Shown here in pieces: positions 48,381 to 53,067 of a stretch of DNA of 53,067 nucleotides. The stretch covers positions 811,344 to 864,410 of the forward strand of contig NC_057736.1 of the NCBI RefSeq assembly GCF_004010195.1, given 5' to 3'. This DNA comes from Chiloscyllium plagiosum. Its lineage: Eukaryota. The notes beneath the pieces are model-generated. The model saw only the letters and a list, made by a program, of their open reading frames with translations. It had not been told where the DNA came from and searched no databases. Both the position numbers and the translations under genes were made by a program. Numbering within the stretch: the first letter of the stretch is position 1; each line of letters opens with the position of its first letter.

Positions 48381-51300
48381 TTGAGGGGAGGGCTACTAGC
48401 CAATCAGGGTCAGAGAGCCATGACCCAGAGACAGATAGGATTTAATTCTTTTACTATTAATCCTACCTTTACTACTAATTCAGCAAAATAATGTTTTCTT
48501 CTTAAGAGCAGCATCATAAAGCAAATCCAGGACAAGAGTAGATTCTGTATTCCATCAAGTATGTCCCCATAAATAATGTTAGCTACTCCATTAAATATTA
48601 GTCTCGGTGCCACTTGAATTCATCCATGCTATTGACTGCCAGTGGATGTCTCTTGCCAGCTGCTCCCTGTGTGAGTTCCCCCTGTCTGTAGTCTGTCGAC
48701 AGGATATCACCTACTTCTATGCAATTCATCTCACTCCAGGTGACTGGTTGGCAATTTACTAAAGTTATGAAACAGCCATCTCACTTGCTCTGATGTAGTT
48801 TGCTTTACATTAAATCAGAGAGCTTGTTTCAATTCTCAGCTGTCACTCAGAGGAATTTATATCATTTACAAGAAGACTATTATGTTGTCGAGAGAGACAA
48901 TCTGCTCTGTAGACAGAAATGTAATTATAGAAATGTTGGTACTTTTAAATTTTTGTCTGTTTTTGCAAAGAGGTAACTGTGGTCATTGCAATATGTATTG
49001 TCAGCAAAAACATGGTGGAGACATCCACTGTGGTTTCAAAACAAATATAGCTTGTTTTGTCTTGGACTCTTTGGCTTCTCTTCAGTTACACTGTGAGGCT
49101 CACGTTTTGCTGGATCTCTATCAATGCCACATTGCACCAGAAGGATGGGGCCAGAATGTATTTTCCCTTTGGTGTTTAAACGGGACCATAGGAATATGGC
49201 TAGGACCAGTAATTTGCCAAGGGGAGGAATGTCCATTCAGACCACATTCTGACACTGATCATCACACCCTGAACTGAAAAGTTGCTTTAAAATAATTTGA
49301 ATGTGTTCGCAAGGTCTCAGTGTCATAAAGTTACTATATTCACATCTCCAAGCACATTTGTCATGTGAAGAACAGAATAATTGACTTGGAAAATATTTGG
49401 GAAGAATCTCCCCAGCTCCTGAAAGATGTGGACAATGATGTGGAAGCTGGGAGGATCATGTGAGATAGCGAATGAGAAGCTTCACAACATTGAGATCAAA
49501 AATTCCCATTTTCCAACCAAATGTTGAACGGTGAGATGGGATATTCTCACAAGGTAGTGGTGAGAGAACTCTACGTTTCTGAACATTACATACAATGTCA
49601 TTTCTCCTTGCTAATATGCAGTTTCCCATGTTTCCCTCTGCCACCCAAATCTCTGCCATCAGAAACTAGATAGAGACAAGTTTCCCCCCTGCCCCCCCCG
49701 ATTGTAATCCAAATGGAGACAATTCCCGACACGAAGGTTTGAGTGGGCTCCTGGAGACTCTAGTTCACCTGTTACCCCTCCAGACCTCCATCAGTCACCA
49801 GTGTCTCAGGGCGCACTCCATGGGCAGTGACCGCACACCCTCACTATATCGTTGCTTATAAAAATACAAAGCTAAAGTCTTCAAACCTGCACGAAGCAAA
49901 TGGCCGAAGGGAATTTCTGGCCTCCCACCACAGTGATTGGTTAATAAAGGTAAAGGGATTGTTTTGGGGGATTCTGTGGAAGAAGCTGCAAATAAAAGGA
50001 AACAAGAAACTAAAGCATTCGAGCCTGGATGGATGAGATACTTCACTGGAATAACCTTTTCTATTTGGGCATCATCAGGGAAAATGTGAAGAAATATTTG
50101 ATGAGGTCTTCATTACCCAAGACATCTCTAGCAACTTGAGCTGCACTCAGCAGGTTTACTATTGGTATCGTGCACAAACAGAGAAACTGGTTGATGATCA
50201 GCCATGAGCTAAAATAGTGGTGCAGGTATGTTGAGCAGAATAGACTATTTCTACTTCCGTGCTCTTGTTCCTATAAAATTCATTGTTTTCTGCAATTCTA
50301 TGTCAAAAATTCACCAGAAATGCACAGGAAACAAAAGGGAGTTAAATGTGGGTGGGGTTCTTTGTAACTGTTTGATTTTTAGATGTGGAATTGCTTGATA
50401 CTGCTTATAGTTTCTGTTCTGCTTTGTCGAAAATACACCCCCGTGTCAATGAAAGTAAAACAGAGACAGCGAGATTAGGTTTTGGAAATCTGTATGAAGT
50501 TCACTCACTGCAGTAGTGTCAACATGCCTGATGATGAAATTCCATCTATAGGGGTTAAAGGTGGTTAATTCCTTCCTTTCATTAATATTCAAAAGTCTAA
50601 TGTCTGAAACATAAAATTCTTCCCCAGTTGAAAATATAAGATGAAAACTGCACAAAATAGAAATGCATTGGACATGTGGAAATGACCTTCTGGAGTATTT
50701 AATTCATATTTATTTCCAGTGTGTCAAGGAAATCGTTGTGTCAAACAACCAAATAAATTGTGCAAAGGGAGCATTCCCTGTGGGTCCCAGACCCAACCAT
50801 TAATATTGCAAACCTTGTGCACATGGGCCTCTCAAATTAAAGATCATGTACAAACTCAGGCACACACAGCTGTGACACTGACACTAAGATGTTTGGCTAT
50901 ATGAAATGGTTTGGGATACAGCATTGTTTAAACAATGTTTTGGACCTTTCAATGATTAACTGATGGTTAAACCTTATGAAAAATGAGGACAGCATTGTTT
51001 GCTTTTCAAAGTTTACATTACATGAATGAATAATTGTCAAATATTGTTATAATGAAGGGATCATTTTATTTCATGAAATTATCACCAATCAGCAAATGTA
51101 CAGTAACCAAGGATGAGCATCGGGGCTAGTCAAATTCTTCATGACTGTTAATTGTTCTTAGTCAGGAATCACTTACAGACCAATGTTGGCTGGGTTGGTT
51201 TAGATACAGGAAATCTTCTTGAGCTAGTGACAGCGTTCCAGGGTAACTAGAACACTCAGGTGTTGGAATAACAGGAAGTTAGAATGCGCAACTCGGAAGG

Positions 51301-51639
51301 CCTGGATAAAAAGCTGAAACCTATAGCTGCCTTTAGCCAGTCCTGTTCTACTGAGAGGGGGGAGAAGGATCACAGATTAACTGGGACCTGATCTCTCCTC
51401 AACAGCTGGATTTCCTGCTGCCCTTAAAGTGATCTCTACTCATCCTAAGCAAGATGAGTTTGTGTAGGAGGTACTGATGCCCCAAGTCCTCTCCTCTGCC
51501 CTGAAGGTCTTTCACCTCTCTTCTCCATTGCCGTGGAGCTGGGGTGGGTGGGGGGATTAGTGATGGAGGCTTCTGCAGCCATGCCCCATCAGCACTCTGG
51601 GACTACACTGGGTAAGTTCAAAGCTAATGGTCTCTTCAC

Positions 51640-52422
51640 TATGTGGAAGCTTTGGAAACGGTTCAGAGGACATTTACTAGGATGTTGCCTGGTATGGAGG
51701 GAAGGTCTTATGAGGAAAGGCTGAGGGATTTGAGGCTGTTTTCATTAGAAGTAGGTCGAAAGGTGACTTAATAGAGACATATAATCAGAGGGTGAGAAAG
51801 GGTGGACAGTGAAAGCTTCTTTCCTCAGATGGTGATGGCTAGCACGAGGGGGCATAGCTTTAAATTGAGGGGTGCTAAATATAGGACAGATGTCAGAGGT
51901 AGTTTCTTTACTCAGAGAGTAGTAGGGGTGTGGAACACACTGCCTGCAATTGTGGTAGACTCGCCAACTTTAAGGGCATTTAAATGGTCATTGGATAGAC
52001 ATATGGATAATAATGTAGTAATGTAGGTTAGATGGGCTTCAGATTGATTAGATTAGATTACATTACAGTGTGGAAACAGGCCCTTCGGCCCAACAAGTCC
52101 ACACCGACCCGCCGAAGCGAAACCCACCCATACCCCTACATTTACCCCTTACCTAACACTACGGGCAATTTAGTATGGCCAATTCACCTGACCCTGCACA
52201 TCTTTGGACTGTGAGAGGAAACCGGAGCACCCGGAGGAAACCCACGCAGACACGGGGAGAACGTGCAAACTCCACACAGTCAGTCGCCTGAGGCGGGAAT
52301 TGAACCCAGGTCTCAGGCGCTGTGAGGCAGCAGTGCTAACCACTGTGCCACCGTGCCGCCCACAGGTCGTTGCAACATCAAGGGCTGAAGGGCCTGTACT
52401 GCGCTGTAATGTTCTATGTTCT
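51640..52422 (+). mobile_element. CR1 LINE 3' end interrupted by a SINE
   Basis: RGHSFKLRG..YRTDVRG.FFTQRVV. The 3' UTR resumes at about 52362 (acaggtcg...gggcctgtactgcgctgtaatgttctatgttct). Confidence 0.9.
52047..52361 (-). mobile_element. HE1-type V-SINE, full length and young
   Basis: The minus strand starts gggcggcacggtggcacagtggttagcactgctgcctcacagcgcc. It has B box ggttcaattcc, a V domain and a (taatc)n tail, and its CpGs are retained. Confidence 0.92.
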
Positions 52423-52639
52423 CTGAATATAAAGTGTGGGATCTTAGCAATCCAGGTTTAGACCTTGAGCTCAGCTGCAGCAGGCAGTTTGAGAAATGTG
52501 TTTTCCAGTTACCTGAGACAGTTATAACTCCCAGTCCGGGAGGGGACTCCTTTCTGACTAATAGACCCAAGGGGGACCCTTTATGCTGATAAACCCCCAG
52601 TGGGGACTGTCCCTATAACTCAGCACTTACAACATTTAC

Positions 52640-53067
52640 CACGATGTTATAAGGAGAGATTCTGCAGTCAGAGGTACAGACAGACGTTTCTGTGGCCAGC
52701 AGAGAAAAAGCAGAATGGTGTGTTGTTTCCCTGGTGCCAGGATCAAGGATGTCTCAGAGAGGGTGCAGAATGTTCTCACGGGGGAGAGGGGCCAGCAGGA
52801 GGTCATTGTCCACATTGGAACCAACGACATTGGAAGGGAAAAAGTTGAGACTCTGAAGGGTGATTACAGAGAGTTAGGTAGAAATTTAAAAAGTTGGTCG
52901 TCAAGAGTAGTAATATCTGGATTACTCCCAGTGCTACGAGCATGGAGGGCAGGAATAGGAGGATAGAGCAGATGAATGCATGGCTGAGGAGCTGGTGTAT
53001 GGGAGAAGGATTCACATTTTTGGATCATTGGAATCTCTTTTGGGGTAGAGGTGACCTGTACAAGAAG
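52640..53067 (+). mobile_element. CR1 LINE ORF1 SGNH-esterase fragment
   Basis: VCCFPGARIKDV...VIVHIGTNDIG...VVISGLLP, the esterase blocks typical of CR1 ORF1p. Frameshifted. Confidence 0.88.

Noticed and set aside
37597-53067. MTMR9-like exon 2 (expected ..GTI..KCKD....L.IPGMEECLNIASSIE)
   Set aside because: Not found by eye. Candidate acceptors near 47508 and 50719 hit in-frame stops, and CKD at about 39052 lacks the surrounding motif.

Overview
Eukaryotic, repeat-rich vertebrate genomic DNA, almost certainly from an elasmobranch (shark or ray), inferred from HE1-type V-SINEs and abundant CR1 LINEs. Two protein-coding genes lie head-to-head. On the minus strand is a complete two-exon FAM167-family gene, most likely FAM167B (CDS 27649-27353 joined to 18453-18190, 186 aa). 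On the plus strand is the first coding exon of an MTMR9-like gene (37415-37596), followed by an intron that appears to run past the window end. The rest is mostly decayed transposable elements: CR1 and L2-type LINEs, SINEs, three solo LTRs with target-site duplications (TSDs), and a Gypsy gag remnant. There is also a 1.3-kb (AC)-rich minisatellite with a 64-bp higher-order unit, a decayed tRNA-Gly(CCC), and a 149-nt assembly gap. The most notable unexplained signal is a set of short, TSD-flanked, often palindromic insertions carrying minimal type-I hammerhead ribozyme cores (CTGANGA-stem II-GAAA-palindrome-UH) of the Penelope-like retroelement kind. At least three sequence families are present, and some copies have intact cores. 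Repeat boundaries were read by eye and are approximate. Almost all ORFs in the supplied track are spurious or TE fragments.
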